DNA of 62,970 bases, counting the filler, from Reclinomonas americana ATCC 50394 (lineage: Eukaryota), in NCBI GenBank assembly GCA_048213135.1. It is 4 parts of 4 records of this genome, joined end to end, with 100 filler letters (N's around TTAATTAATTAA, not from the genome) between each part and the next. Parts side by side here need not be neighbours in the genome. Positions count along the whole stretch, not along the records: positions 1 to 28,711 come from AFZH01017327.1; positions 28,812 to 54,573 come from AFZH01017328.1; 2 more parts are not named here. One strand, given 5' to 3'. Positions 12,715 through 30,949 of this stretch are shown piece by piece. Positions within the stretch are counted from its first letter, which is position 1; each line of letters begins with the position of its first letter. The translations under genes were made by a program, and so were the position numbers. Under the pieces are notes generated by a model. That model was not told the DNA's origin. It worked only from the letters and a program-made list of their open reading frames with translations, and searched no databases.

Positions 12715-13471
12715 TTACTCGTACAGCTGAGCCTTGCTGTGCGACTCCCACGCGACGAGCTCGTCCTCGCGGAACCACAGGCCGATCTCGCGGCGAGCGC
12801 TCTCCACAGCATCCGAGCCGTGGATGATGTTGCGGCCAACATCAATGCCAAAGTCGCCGCGGATGGTGCCCGGCGCCGACGTCAGCGGGTTGGTCTGGCC
12901 AATCATCAGACGAGCCGCAGCCACCACACCCTTGCCCTCTGCACCTCCCCTCCAACATGAGCACACTATGTAGACCCACACACTGAGACGAGGCGCATTG
13001 TGTAGACGCACCCCACACCATGGCCGCCACAGGGCCCGAGGTGATAAAGTCCACCAGTCCCTTGAAGAACGGGCGAGCAGCGTGCTCACCGTAGTGAGTC
13101 TCGGCGAGGTCGCGAGACGGGGTGAACAGCTTGAGAGCGACGAGCTTGAAGCCCTTGTTCTCAAAGCTGATGATGATGATGTTGTGTAAGTGTGCAAGTC
13201 ATGACTGTGCACAATGAGCAAGAGAGCGAGCTCACCGGCTGATGATGTCACCGACAAGTCCGCGCTGGACTCCGTCAGGCTTCACGGCGATGAACTGCGT
13301 GTGTGTGACAGAGAGAGTGCGTGAGCATGTGCACATGCCGACATTGTGTGTGACAACACGCAAACACACAAACACGAGAGAATCCAGCGACACGCCACAC
13401 AGAGACATTCACAAGGCACGACAGTAAGACACACACGCAGCAAAGCACAGAGCACGCACCGTCTGCTCCAT
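12715..13471 (-). CDS. NDK: Nucleoside diphosphate kinase (group I), 4 exons
   Basis: [32 protein letters not shown]...[11 protein letters not shown]...[21 protein letters not shown] (catalytic His) ...LYE*. Confidence 0.97.
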
Positions 13472-13535
13472 GGGTGTATGAGGATATAACTAAGCAGGAC
13501 TCGGGCAGGACAAGCCTTTCTTTTCTCGGCAAGCA

Positions 13536-16500
13536 ATGGACTTCCTGCTGCGTGTGCGGCAGTCGGCGACCACTGCCGATCTGCATGCACTGGCCGATTA
13601 CCCGGCTGCTGCAGTGCAGGATCAGATTGACAAGTTTGAAAAGGTGAAAGTCGACGTTCGCCTTTTCTCCCCCCTCCCTCTCTCTCCTCACTGTCTCTCT
13701 CTTGCGCACAGACGGTAACATCACGTCGCGGCAAGGACTTTATCGATGCACTGCGCGAGTGTCACATGATGTTGACGTTGATGCCACGGCACATTGACTA
13801 TTTCCCCGACTCAGCCAAGGCCTCTCTGTTGCGCTCTCTGCATCACTAAACCCCCCTTCTGCAACGCACAGTCACTCACTCATTTCCTCATCAATCACAC
13901 ACACGCAGAATGCAGCTGCTGATTGAGCAAAACATTGCATTTCCCATGATTCGTCTCGTGGTCAAGCTGCTGAAAGACACCTGCAGCACACTGCAGGAGG
14001 TGGCCGCTGAGCGACTCCAGTTACTTGACTGCTTCCTCTCTCTATCTCCGCGGTGACTCACCTGTCTCGCAGGCTGTCGCGGTACGATGTGGCCAAGTGG
14101 CACAGCTTGCTTCCGCTGGTCACCGCCCTCGGGCCCTCACAGGTGCGTGTGGCGCACGACAATGCCGACTGTGCGTTGCGGTTGTTGCGCGACGGAACCT
14201 CGCACGTGTCGCATGCACATGCGCTCAGCTGGATCGACTTGTTGGCGGCCGACGGCTACTTTGCCGGCAAGTTTGAGGAGTTTGTCGATCTGCAGGCCAC
14301 GTTGGGGCGCATGCTGATGGCCGGTGCCATCACGGTGCACGGACCGAACAGCAAGCGAGGTGAGGAGCATGCACGCGAGACTCGCCGTCGATGCGATTGC
14401 TCACGCAGCGCGCAGCGTTCTCGGAGCCCGGTGGCTCGCACGCCTGCTTGGAGCTCGATGGCAATCCCGCCGGCGACTTCTTCACTGTGCTCTGCCACTC
14501 TGCCTCCTACACCATGGATCAGTACTGCAGCGCGACTGTGTTCAGCGGCATGCTGCACTTCCTGCGTGCTCTGCAGGTGCACCACTCGACGGTTGTCGAC
14601 GTGCCACAATCGCAGGTGTTGGCACTGGAGAGCCCGCCGCCACCTCCTCCCCCATCATCGTCCTCATCTGCCCCGCCTGCACCGCGAGTGACAAGCGCCG
14701 CTGGCGGTCTGGGAGGGGGCGACGGACTGCAGTGGGATCGTGAGTTTGTGGGCCAGATTGGCGAGTACTGTTCGCGTGTGCTGACGCAGTCGGGCGCCGA
14801 CCGCATCGATCGCGAGCCGGCGACCACCATCACCAGTGGCATGGTCAATGCGTCGGCCTTTGAGGCGGCGCAGGTGCTGCGCTCGCTCGTGCGGTTACAC
14901 GTGCGGCAAGTGTCGCGCGTGTTCCCGATGATCAAGCGCTCGTTGCAGCGTCTCGGCTCCATGTTCAAGGTGCCGAATGCCAGCCTGCAACCGCCTCCCG
15001 ACGGACCCAGTTGCGTGTGACTCGCTGCACCATGCATTGTATGCGAGTGACTGACACAAGCGCACACATGTGTGTAGTGTCGCGCGGACGTGTGCTCGAC
15101 ACGTGCTTGTTGTCGTACAGTGCGCCGGTGCCGCCGCTGTATCCGCCATTTGCCACCAACGGACCGCAGGCCTCGTACCGCGTGGACACGCTGCATGGTC
15201 CCTATGGAGCATGTGTGGCGCTCCTGCCGCTCTTCATGTTCGTGATGGAGAACGCCGAGAGCGTGGTGTTTGACATGGAACCGCTGGTGAAGTCGTTCTT
15301 CAAGTTCGGCGTCGATGCTCTGCGTGCGTCACACCGCCCCCCTTGCAGTCTCTTTTCGCCAACTCCCTCACTCATCGTGGTTCTTCGCTCGCACAGACAA
15401 GAGCACCGTCTTCTGCTCCGAGTACCTGCGATGGGTGCCGGAGGCCTACTCGTACTTGTGCGATATGATTGGCGAGGAGGAGCTGGTGTCGCTGTTGCTG
15501 CCGGGTCTCTTCAAGTGTGCCGCATGGAATCCGCTCGTGTGCGCGCGTCCGCTCGCCGAGTTCCTGCCGCAAGTGATCACGCAGTCGGCGGTCGCGTCGG
15601 TGGAGGTGCTGCATCGCATTCTCGATCTTCCGGTGCTCACCGGCTGCTTGGAGCGTCTCGATCGATTGTACAATGGTGAGTGTTGCCGACGCAATAACAC
15701 CGCCTTGTTGGAGATGCATTCTCTAATTGCTGCGACGCAGTGTCGGCGCGCTTGAACAAGCCAAACATGATGGTACTGATGGAGTCGCCGCTGGCCGCGC
15801 GCATCGTCAACATGGTCTCCAATGGCACCGAGGACTACACCAACATGTGGCGCAATCGCAATTCGGAGGCGGTGACCGAGTACGCTACTCTGTGCGAGGA
15901 CATTCTGGGCACGGCGCGTGTGCGTGCCGTTATTCACATTGCGCCGCTGCTGCTCGAGCAGTGCTTCCGCTGTGTGCTGGCCTCCAACAGCTTGCCGCTG
16001 CTGGAGCGAGTGATTCCCGACGTGCTGTACCGCATCGACAAGGTGAGGCTGAAGCGACGGTGATGATGATGCTGGAGCGAGGGCGTGCACTCATTCTACA
16101 ATTGGTTGTTTTGATAGACGTATGGCGACCCGTCGTATCAAGAGGCTGTGGGTGACCTGGTGGTGGAGTTTGTGTCCACTGCCCTGCAACAGCACCCGAC
16201 ACTGCTGGCTTCACTAAAGGTGCGAGTCAGCTTGTGTAGGTGTTGTAGCCTGCTCTATGCTCACCCGGAGCCGCACGCAGGCATGTGTCGTCTCCTACCT
16301 GCAAGCGAGCAACGCGAAGAGTGCTGCTCGTGAGCAACTCCTCTTGTGTCTGTGCAATCTCGTCGGCGAGTGCGTGAACCCGACTGTCGATCCGCTCTTC
16401 ACCGCGGCCATTGTGTCCGAGTATTACGAGGTGAGGGAGTGGTGCGCGCTGCTCCAGTGCATTCATCGACTGCGCATTGAACGCCTGCGTCGCAGGTCTT

Positions 16501-17376
16501 TGAGTTGATTGTGTATGAGCGCATGGGTGCCATTCGAGCAGTGGAGAATTCGCGGTTTGTCTTCCCTGTGGCAGCAGGGATGTTAATGGGAGATCATTTA
16601 CTGATCGTCTACTTGTGCAGTGAGGCATCATTCCACACCAGACTATTCCACTCGCTGGCCAGTGTGCTGTGGAAGCTGGCAGCCGGCAGTCCGCAGGTTG
16701 CCGACCGCGCCATTCTCGCCCTCTCCAAGGTCTGCTCGATTCCGTCGCTTGTGTGTGCGTGTGTGCACTGCAATTCACACCACACGCGACGTACAGTTTG
16801 TCAAGTCCGGCAGCATCCTGCACCCGAGTCTATCACAGCGCGCCAATGAATGCATCCGTCTGCTAAAGTTCCCGAGGTACGAGGCTGGTGCGAAGCACCT
16901 GATATTATCGCATGTGCCGCTCATCACTCGTGCACGTGTGTAGTGTGGCGGCGGCGATTCTGAGTGGATCACACGCCGAGTCGCAGCGCGGGACCTCGTC
17001 GAGAGGTGTGCGGTCGGTGGCCTCGGCCTCCTCCCTCAGCTCAGCCGGTGGCTCGTCAGAGCCGTCTACGCCCACGAAAGATGTGCTGTCGCGCATGCCG
17101 AGCAGTCCCGGTTCGCCCATGTCGCCCGGCGCTGGTGTGCGTTCACCTTCGGGTCGTCGCCTGCCACTGGCGGCCGCCATTGCCGCGGCCGCCGATCCCT
17201 TCTCGATTGTGGTGTCCAGCAAAGCACTGCCGGTGCCGGTACAGCCCGACGACTACTCATCGCTGCCGTTCTTGCTGCAGGCGAACACGCTGTTCTCCTG
17301 CCCGAATCAACAACCGCTGCACCAGTTCAGTTTGCAGTCCATGCCCGACAGTGGCGACGGTGGAGCGACAACATGA
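13536..17376 (+). CDS. AP5Z1: AP-5 adaptor complex subunit zeta-1 (SPG48 family)
   Basis: Conserved blocks AGDFFTVLCHSASYTMDQ, PGLFKCAAWNP, EVLHRILDLPVLT, LCLCNLVGE and RANECIRLLKFPSVAAAIL. Confidence 0.88.
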
Positions 17377-17537
17377 GAGCGCGCACAAAAGTGAACATGT
17401 TTGCAAAACACATACATTTAACCGCTCCTCCCACTCACACAGACACACACACACACATACGTACGTACAAGCAACCAAACAGATAGAGAAAAGCAAAAAG
17501 AGAGAACAGAGAACAGAGAACGAGCCGGCGAAACACC

Positions 17538-20500
17538 TCACGGTCCTAATCGGTGATACACGTCGGAGGATGCGCCCTTCGGCGTGCTGCTTCGCTTGTT
17601 GCCGACAGACTTTCTGCTGTACATAGAGTCGCCGGCGAAACCGAGAGCTGCGTGCACGGACTGCGAGTGAGTGAAACAGACACGGATAAACACAAACGAA
17701 TCACACGCACCAAAGCTCGACTTCTTCGACAAGCGTCGCAGACTGCACGACGGCAGGGTGCTCTCGATTCGCTCCCACTCGCGACTGGCGCGCTTGAGAT
17801 TGCGTGTCAAGAAGTGCGAGGTGACAATGGTGTCCACGAGCAGCGAGATGAGAATGCAGCCGACCAGATTCAGTCCAACAATCTGTACACACGCCAGCAC
17901 GCAGGTGAGTACCTCAAGCATCACTGCTTCTTGCGCAACAAGGGCGTACGCAACACCAAACAAGGTGGCGACCTGCAACGGAGGCAGGGGCTGCAGGTTG
18001 AGCAGGCCGTAGTAGTAGTGGTAGTTGTCACCGAATGCCAGGTAGGCCACAGCAAAGATGGCCAGCAGCATGTAACCAAACAGAATGGCTGCGCAGTGTG
18101 TGAGTGAAACAGATGGCTGCAGCACAAGACAGCTCGCAGCTCACCGTTCCATCGTCGCCTGAATGGATTCTTCACCAGCGCCAATGCCACCGCAATGGCC
18201 ATAAAGTATCCGTTCAAGAAGTAAAACAGAATGGTGTTGGGTGGCGACGTGATGCCAGCAAAACTGTCGGCGAAGCAAATCATGCGGTAGCACTCGATGC
18301 GAGTCACTGCAATGCCATCGCACAGGATGTGTGTGTGAGAGAGAGATAGCGGAGGTACAAGGCAAAGGAGGTGTGACGCACAAAAGCCGTACACCGTGGC
18401 CGTGCTGAATAGCATGCCCATGAAAATATTGGCAAAGACCACAGTGACGACCTGAGGTGAGCTGAGTGCCGGCGCCGTGCGCAGCACGTGCAATCTCTTC
18501 TTTGGTCCGTTCATACACACTGTGGGAACGAGAGTGAGCATGTGTGTGCGAGTGCAAGAAATGGGCACGAGACGAGAGAAGAGAGACGCAACAAAAGAGT
18601 GCCAACGGGTACTCGATAAACACGTCGAACCACGACACTTGTGCTTGCGTGAAACCGGTGACACGATAGTTGAGCAGCAGCAGGATGGACCAGTACTTGA
18701 GGAACGAGACAATGGCCAGGTACACGAAGCCCTGGAGCGTGCCCGACTGCACGGCGCGGCCTTCGCAGATGAGGTCGATGATACCCTCGCACCCGGAGTT
18801 GCAGTGGAACGGCGCCGAGTTGGTATCGGCACCACTGACAGTCACTCCCACCTATCGTGCGGAGAGTGAGCAAAACACGATTGCTTCTTGCACGCTGGCT
18901 TTTGCACGACGACGCAACATCAGCCGAGTGCAACGCAATCGCATCATTCGAGCCGTCGCCAACCATTGCAATCTTGTGCCCTATGCTGCGCAATTCGTCC
19001 ATCAACTGACCCTTTTGCCACGGCAGGAAGCTGGCAAACACTTGCGTTCGTACGAGGACCTGTTTGCCATGTTGAGGTTAGCTGTGCTCTGTTGACATGC
19101 GAGAGGGAGAGAGAGGGGGCAGATGACGCAACTCGCTTCCACATCATGGCCTGCTCTGGGTCGGTGGTGTGTCGCAGCACGTCAAAGGCCGGGCCGGTGA
19201 TAACCAGCTCGACATTGTCGGAGGGGAACACCTGACGAGTGCAACCGTGAGAAAAAAGGGGCGGATACTCACTTTTCGTGATTCTCTGCACAAACCATCA
19301 ACTCTGGCAGCTCCTCCTCACTGGCCGTGTCGATGCGCTTCCACACAACACGTCGATGTTGCATCGCTTGGTCGCCCTGCACACCACAATGTCATCAATG
19401 GCACTTCCCCAGATATGCAATCACATTCTTGGGCAAAACAAACCTCATCGCCCAGACTGCCAAGGGACACCGGACCGCCGAGCGGCGCGGCCACTGTTAG
19501 TCGCCGATTGAACCAGGCGTGCGTCGTACCGGCTTCCGGGGCCGTATCACGCACTTCGGCGGCTAGTACAGGCACATCCTCGCGAATCATGCCTACTTGC
19601 CGCGCCACGGCAGCTGCCGTACGCGCCACATCGCCCGTGGCCATCAAACAACGGAATCCGGCCGCTGCGTTGCCATTATTGAGTCTTGCACATACACACA
19701 CTCACACACACGCAGACAACTCTTTGTGCTTGTTGTCACGCACCACGCAGACTGTCGACCGTCTCCTTGGAGGTCGATCGCAGCTCGTTGAGCACGACAA
19801 AGATGCCCAGCAGTGTGCAGTTGGTTTCACAAACGCGACGCGACAGATGCACACGCTCCTCGCTCTCGGCCTTCCACACGCGGCTGGCGCACGCAATAAC
19901 ACGGAAGCCCTGACTCGTGTATCGATCGACGACATCTCGGAAGTTGGCGGGCACTGGCACACAAACAAGAGTGAACACAACTGCGGGAGAGAGAGAGGCA
20001 GACAGTGGACGACAGTGAAACGCAACCAGTTTCAGGTCGGCAGCACTCGACCACGCGGTTCGGTGTACCCTTCATGAAGAGAGTGCGGTCGCCATTGTGT
20101 GTGGAAATGACCACCACACTCATGCGTTGCAAGGCGGCGGAGAAAGCGTACAAGCGATCCAGGATGAGGCAGTGGCGCGCACCGCGGCGTGTCACCACAT
20201 CGTCGGGCACGTACAGGTAAGAGCCCGCCAACTGAGAGACGGCGTGAGAATAAAGAACACGTGGAAAAAGAACGGAATGAGGACGCAACAATATCCTCGT
20301 GCGACACGGAACCACCGGCCACGGCGGTCTCGAGGATCTTGCGGTCGGTCGACATGGTGTAGCCGCTGCGTCGGAACAGCTCCATCTCCATCTTGTCGCC
20401 TTGGAAAACGTCGCCAGTCACAGCCTGGTGGAGCGGGAACGAGTGAAAAGTTGCACATCATAGCTCGCAGACACACACGCACAACGCACCTGCAGCGAGT

Positions 20501-22973
20501 GGCACGTGGCCATCACTTGCAGCATGCGAATGTCGCCCACGTCGGCAAAGTGGTTGTCGCAACTCGAGCCGAACCTGCGAATGCCGGGTGGGCGATCGAA
20601 AAAAAACTCCAGATGACACCAAGAGAAAAAACGCAACATGACATCGGCCGAGTTGGCTATAGGCACCATGTAGCGCAGCGTGAAACCGTGCGTGGTCAGC
20701 GTGCCGGTCTTATCAAAGCACACCGAATCCACAGTACCGAGCGCCAGCAATGAGCGCGGATTGCGCGCATAGATTGTGCCCTTCCACGCCAGACGTACAC
20801 GCGAGGTCACCACTGACCAAATCAGCAGCTGGAGAGCAAAGGTGAGTGAGGGCTGTGATTGACAGGAACAGATTTTATACAGCAAAACAACCGCACCGCA
20901 GGCAGCAGCGCCGGCACCAGCGGAGTGATCAGTTGAATCACACGGGCGCCCGGATCGGGCAGGCCCGACACGGACACCAGAGTGACAACAATACCGGCAA
21001 TGGCTGCGGCGTGCAAGCATAATGAATTAGGCGAGACGAGGAGAACCTTCCACTTTGCCCAACGGCAGACGCAACAGGCGACAAGCACGGCCAGCACAAA
21101 CTTCAATGCATCGCCCTCGTAGGGCAGCGGAATCTCCTTCGAGGACAGCACGTTTTGCACGAGCTGGCCACGCAGTGTGTGGAAGCCCGTTCGAATCACC
21201 ACCGCATACGTCTGTTGTGCACACATGTTAGTCAAATGGAACGACAGAGGATCGACAAGAGAGTCGACGCAACTGGGCGACCATCCGGGTTCGGTTGCAC
21301 GCCGAGCACACGGGCACCGTGATACAGCGTGTGCGGATCGAGAGAGGTGGTCGACACGTCCACACCACGAGTGGAGACGGAGCTCTTGATCTGCGTGGCG
21401 GCGTCACCGGTAATGGCGCTCTCGTCCACGTCCACCGATCTATGGGGGAAGGGGGGAAGGGGGGAAGGGGGTAAGGGGGACGGAAGGGAAGGAGGTGTGA
21501 GGAAAATGAACGGAGGAGGAGCAAAATGGGCGAGGTTCGCAGAAGAAGACAACGGAAACTTAGCCTCGCACACCAAGCATGAATCACTCCTCTCTCTCTC
21601 TCTCTCCTCGTCGCTGCTCGACTCACCCATGGATCAGCACCATGTCACACGGCACGTTCATACGACCAGTGATTTCGATGATATCACCCGGCACGAGTCC
21701 CGTACTGCCGCACAGGAATGCTGCGGTGGCCATCAACAACCAGGTGAGTCGCCGACAAGCACGTGGAGGAGGGGAAAACAATGAATCGAGCGCAACATTG
21801 CGAGTCTCGCACGACACGCAGTTCCTTGTGGTGGAACTTGGAGAGGACCTTCAGCGACTTGTTGACTTGCGACTGGTTGGCGATGTTGAGGGCCAGCGCC
21901 ACCAGCGTGGTGGCCAGCACAATCATGCTGAAGCCCCACTTGGCCATGTAGAAGAAGACGACCATGGGGATAATCTGGAACAGGTACAGCGGCTTGTAGG
22001 CCTCGCGCAGCGTGCGCACGAGCACCGAGTCCGACTCCACATTCACGTGGTTGACTCCAAACAAGATCAGCCTCCAGCGATGCGTAATTGGGTCCAGTCC
22101 GCGCTCCGTCTTGGTGGTGCGCGAGTTGAGCACCTCCAGCGGCGTCAGACGCGACTCCACAAAGCGCTCCTTGCTGGTGTCGAACACGTAGCGATGGCCG
22201 TGATGTTCAAAGATGCGGAACGTCATGCCGTCGTGCGAGTGCGGGTCGCCGACCTTGACACCGCGCACCGGAACTCGCACCCATCCGCCCGATACGTCCT
22301 AGATAGGCGAAGGGAGATGATTGAGCAAGTGAGAAAAAGAGAGAGTGAGAGAGAGAGACAGAGTGTGTGTGTGTGTTCATCAGCGAGTGTGTGTGCGTGG
22401 CGTTCTCTCGTGGAGTCTCTCAATCCTTAGTGCTCCGACAGCACTTCTTCTCCATTTCCCTCTCCCTCTCTCTTGCACACACACACACACACGCACACAT
22501 ACAGAGAGAGAACACGTCGCGTCTCAGTACTCCGACACCATTTCTTCTCCTCCCTCCTTCCCTCTCTCTCTCTCCTCTCTCCCCTCCATTCGCCCCCTCA
22601 CACGCAACAGGCAACACCACATAATCCGCCACCGACAACGAGCAGCGCACACCACGCAGACGCGCCATGAGTCGCGGATAAAAGAGGCACACGTACGGCA
22701 CAATGCCCGCACTCAGCACACATGTGAGATAAAAGATGAAAGTCTGCGCCTTGGTGATGCGGTACGGCTCATAGTAGCCAGTGTTGACTGGCTTGGCTTC
22801 CTGCGCGCAACAAGCAAAGGAGGAGTTGAGTGATGCAGTCACAGTCACTCATGCACACATTGATTGATTGATTGATGCGTGACTTTGGAGAATGCGCGAT
22901 ACGAGGGCGTGTTCACACGCGGAGTGTTCATTGAGTGGTCCGACTCGGCGCGCGACAGAAGCGGCGCACGCAT
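17538..22973 (-). CDS. P5-type (ATP13A-like) P-type ATPase, divergent; start codon uncertain
   Basis: LVPGDII, VPCDMVLIHG, DESAITG, VIRTGFHTLRGQLV, CFDKTGTLT, MATCHSL, FSAALQRMSVV, MATGD, MVGDGSNDAIALHSADVG, LICEGRA; multiple TM segments; about 17 or more short introns. Confidence 0.9.
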
Positions 22974-23355
22974 CTCGCCACTGCGTGAGTGAGTGACAGA
23001 GAGTGAGTGACATGGCCATCACTTTCTCTCTCTCTCTCTCCTTCTCCTTCTCGCACACACACACATGTATGCTAGTGGTGCTCCGTCACAGCAGCAACGT
23101 GCAAGAAAATGAAGAGAGAAAGTGGTCATGAGAGTGAACTTCTTGGACATAGTCACACCAACCTCGGAGCTCCGCCCTCCATGCTGCCTGCCTGCTTCAC
23201 TCGGTGCGCGCGTGGAGTGCAACAAGCGTCTCAGCGTGCGCGCGCGCACACACACACAAGTCGATTCACAGGGAAGGTGACGGGACGGAGGACGACAGCT
23301 TCATTCATCGACGTCTTCTCGCACAATGCGCGCGCGTTCAGTTGCGTTTGCTGGG

Positions 23356-23701
23356 CTACTCCTCCTGACCGAGCTCCTGCGCCAGGTTGTTATAGGGCAG
23401 CTCGCGCTCGACCAGTGGCTTGTGGGAGGGCATATTGCAGACGGAGGCGGCGGTGCCAATGCCCGCAAAGAGCACGAAACCGAGGCCCAGCATGCGTGCG
23501 GCGCGCGACGGTGACACCAGTCGGTCGCGGTCCAGGCACGGCTCGGGCACGTGGCGGCCGTCGTCCCATGTCAACTCGTCGTCCTCGGTGATCTGTGAGG
23601 GGGGGAGAGGGTGAGAACGGGGGAAAGGAATGGCCGGCGAGAGTAAGCATTGGCTGGCGTGGTACATTCCTCAACTCGCTGCGCTGCTCTCTATCTCCCA
23701 T
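23356..23701 (-). CDS. NDUFB8: Complex I accessory subunit NDUFB8 (plant/protist type); 5' end possibly incomplete
   Basis: EDDELTWDDGRHVPEPCLDR...TM...LPYNNLAQELG matches the plant-type NDUFB8 pattern (DEL.WD.G...PEPC.D...PYDNL..ELG). Confidence 0.8.
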
Positions 23702-23789
23702 CGACGCGCATGTAGCAAAGAACAACGCTCACGAAGAGGCACACAGTCTCGCGCATCATGCACACTGCAAGCTCTGTGAGGGTGTATAG

Positions 23790-24600
23790 AGCACAGAACG
23801 ACATGCAGCTGAGCATGCACGAACTAGCTGCGTTCTCGATCGTTCAACAAGAATGCTGCATCGTGACTGCCTGCTGTCACTCTCCCCGTGCGAGTACGAA
23901 GAGCTAAGAACAACGCACAGCTGCGCACGCATCTTGAGAGTGAATGTGCAAGTGACTGGTGGTCTCGACCGTTCAACAAGGGTGCTGCATCGTGAACTCT
24001 ATCTGCGTGCCCTCACTGCACTGAGTATAAAGAGCAAGAACGACGCACAGCTGAGCATGCATCTCGAGAGTGAATGTGAATGTGACTGGTGGACTCGATC
24101 GTTCAAAAAGGGTGCTGCATCGTGAACTCTATCGATGTGCCCTTCCTGCAAGCCATCACTCTCCCCGTGCGAGTACAGAGAGCACAGAAGGCGTGCAACT
24201 GAGCGTGCACCTCACGAGCAAGTGTGTGAAAGAACTGCGGTCTCAGTCGCTCAACGAGGGCCACTGCATCGTGAACTCTATCGATGTGCCCTACGTGTCT
24301 GCTGTCAACCCTCCCCGTGAGCGCACATAAGAGCAAAGAACTGCGGTCCCAGCGAGGGCTGTTGCACCACGCACACTATCTCTGCGCCCTTCGTGCCCGC
24401 TCTGTGCCTCTCTCTACACGACGGGTAACTCAGCCTGCGCGCAATCCTTTCCCACAAGTGCAAGAATGAGTTCATGATCATCGTGCTCTCCGCAAGCGTG
24501 CAAAGAGCAGACTGACTCACAGCTGAGCATGCATCTCAAGAGCAAGTGCGCGCGTCTTGTTCAAAAGAGTGTGCTGCTTCGTGCCTCCACACGTGACATG
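23790..24600. repeat. Degenerate tandem repeat, about 130-150 bp unit, 5-6 copies
   Basis: Core tgcatcgtga(actctatc) at 23857, 23986, 24116 and 24265 (periods 129, 130, 149). Recurring cagctgagcatgca and ctccccgtgcgagta submotifs. Confidence 0.8.
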
Positions 24601-24800
24601 CATCTCACAGCTGTTCTCGGTCATTCAAGTGCACACGCCTCTGTTGTGCCTTCCTCAGTGAGTGAATACCAACGAGACTCGTGTAAAGCAACAAACAGCA
24701 CTCAGCTCTCAGTCTCTTCGAGAGTGACACACACAAGAAGCGTGCATGATTGCACACTCGATCACTCGCTTGACGCGATGCACTATCCTGTCTCTCTTTG

Positions 24801-24843
<43 letters not shown>

Positions 24844-25324
24844 TATGTGTGCGTGTGTGTGTGTGTGTCTCTCTCTCTCCACGCGTGCTCACCGCTCGCA
24901 TCTCAACGCACACACAACGCAATCAACCTCTCTCTCTCACACACACACTCCCCACACTCTCCCCACCACCCTTCTCTCTCCTCCTTCCCTCTCCTTCCCA
25001 CCACACACACACACCTTCTGACGCCAATTTGGATCCGGTTCACCAGCCGCAAACCCACGCACACGCTGACTCACACCCAACACCGCCACTCGCCCACCTC
25101 CCACTTGACTGCCATACACAACACCGCTAACAACACGCCGTGCAAGCGCAAGACTCATTCGAAAAACACACACACACACAAAAGAAGGAAATTTTACTCT
25201 GTACTTGCATCACACGCAGAGAGAGAGCAAACGAGGTGCGCTCTTTTGTCAATGTGCGCATGTTACGCTGTTGCTCATCTCTGCTTTGTGTGCGCATGTA
25301 CGTGTGTGTGTTGTTGCAGGCGAC

Positions 25325-30007
<4,683 letters not shown>

Positions 30008-30134
30008 TGGCACACTCACATATACCCCCCCTAGACCAATAGAACACGGAGGAAGGAGAGGAGAACGAGAAGAAAAAGAAGAAGAACATCAATGTTTGCA
30101 ATGCACAAATCATGAACTAGTAGATCTATGGCAT

Positions 30135-30949
30135 TCACTGTTGTGGTCCCTTTGGTGGCGACGAGAGCGGATCCGCCAGTGGCGACGGAGTGCTCATCAT
30201 CGGAACCTGTGGTGGCACTGCTGCAGCTGCTGCCGATGTTGGAAGCGATTGATGATGAGACGAGGCAGCAGTAGCAGCAGCCGTCACACTGCCTGCACTG
30301 CCTCTCCTCTCCCTCGCCATGGCGTTCTCCTCTTGCAGCTGCCGTAATCTGGCCAGTCGATGCTCCACACGCACAAATCGTCGGATCTGTCGCTCATAGA
30401 ACCATCCGCGCACACCTCGCGCCAGGAACAGGTGTGTGGCTTTCAGTGTCTGCGGCCGCGGACGAGCATCGTCACACAGTGCTTCCTGCGCATGCACACA
30501 CGCAATCAGCAATCTCTCGCACACTCTCGCTTCTCAGTCGACACGGAACTTCAACAGATGCTGCCTGCAAGCTCGGCAGCAGTCGCTGACTCGTGTCGTG
30601 CGTGTGCGGACCCACCGGAGGCAGAGTGATTGTTGCCTGCACGCAACGGTCAGTTCGAGTCGGAGAGAGAACAGGAGGAGAGAACACGATGAAAAGGGAA
30701 GTGAAAGAGAAGTGTGTGTGCGTGAGAGAGAGAGAGAGAGAGCACAAGAGAGGGAGAGAGAGCCCAGAGAGGGAGAGCGAGAGAGGGCAGGCCAGGGACA
30801 TGATATCTTTCTCTCTCTTTCTCCCTCTTGCTGCGCACCGACGACGATGACGCCGACGACGACTTGCGTGCTGTCCACTGTCGTCCACGGATGACTGCAC
30901 AGGCGGCGCGATACAAGGAGGTGGCGGCGATCTCTCCGAGCGACTCCAT
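30135..30949 (-). CDS. Small hypothetical protein, about 3 exons
   Basis: Exons join in frame through GT-AG introns (MESLGEIAATSLYRAA...GWFYERQIRRFVRVEHRLARL...). No family recognised. Confidence 0.4.

Noticed and set aside
23790..24600. Repeat array as a CRISPR
   Set aside because: Whole units are homologous and degenerate, there are no unique spacers, the context is eukaryotic and no cas genes are present.
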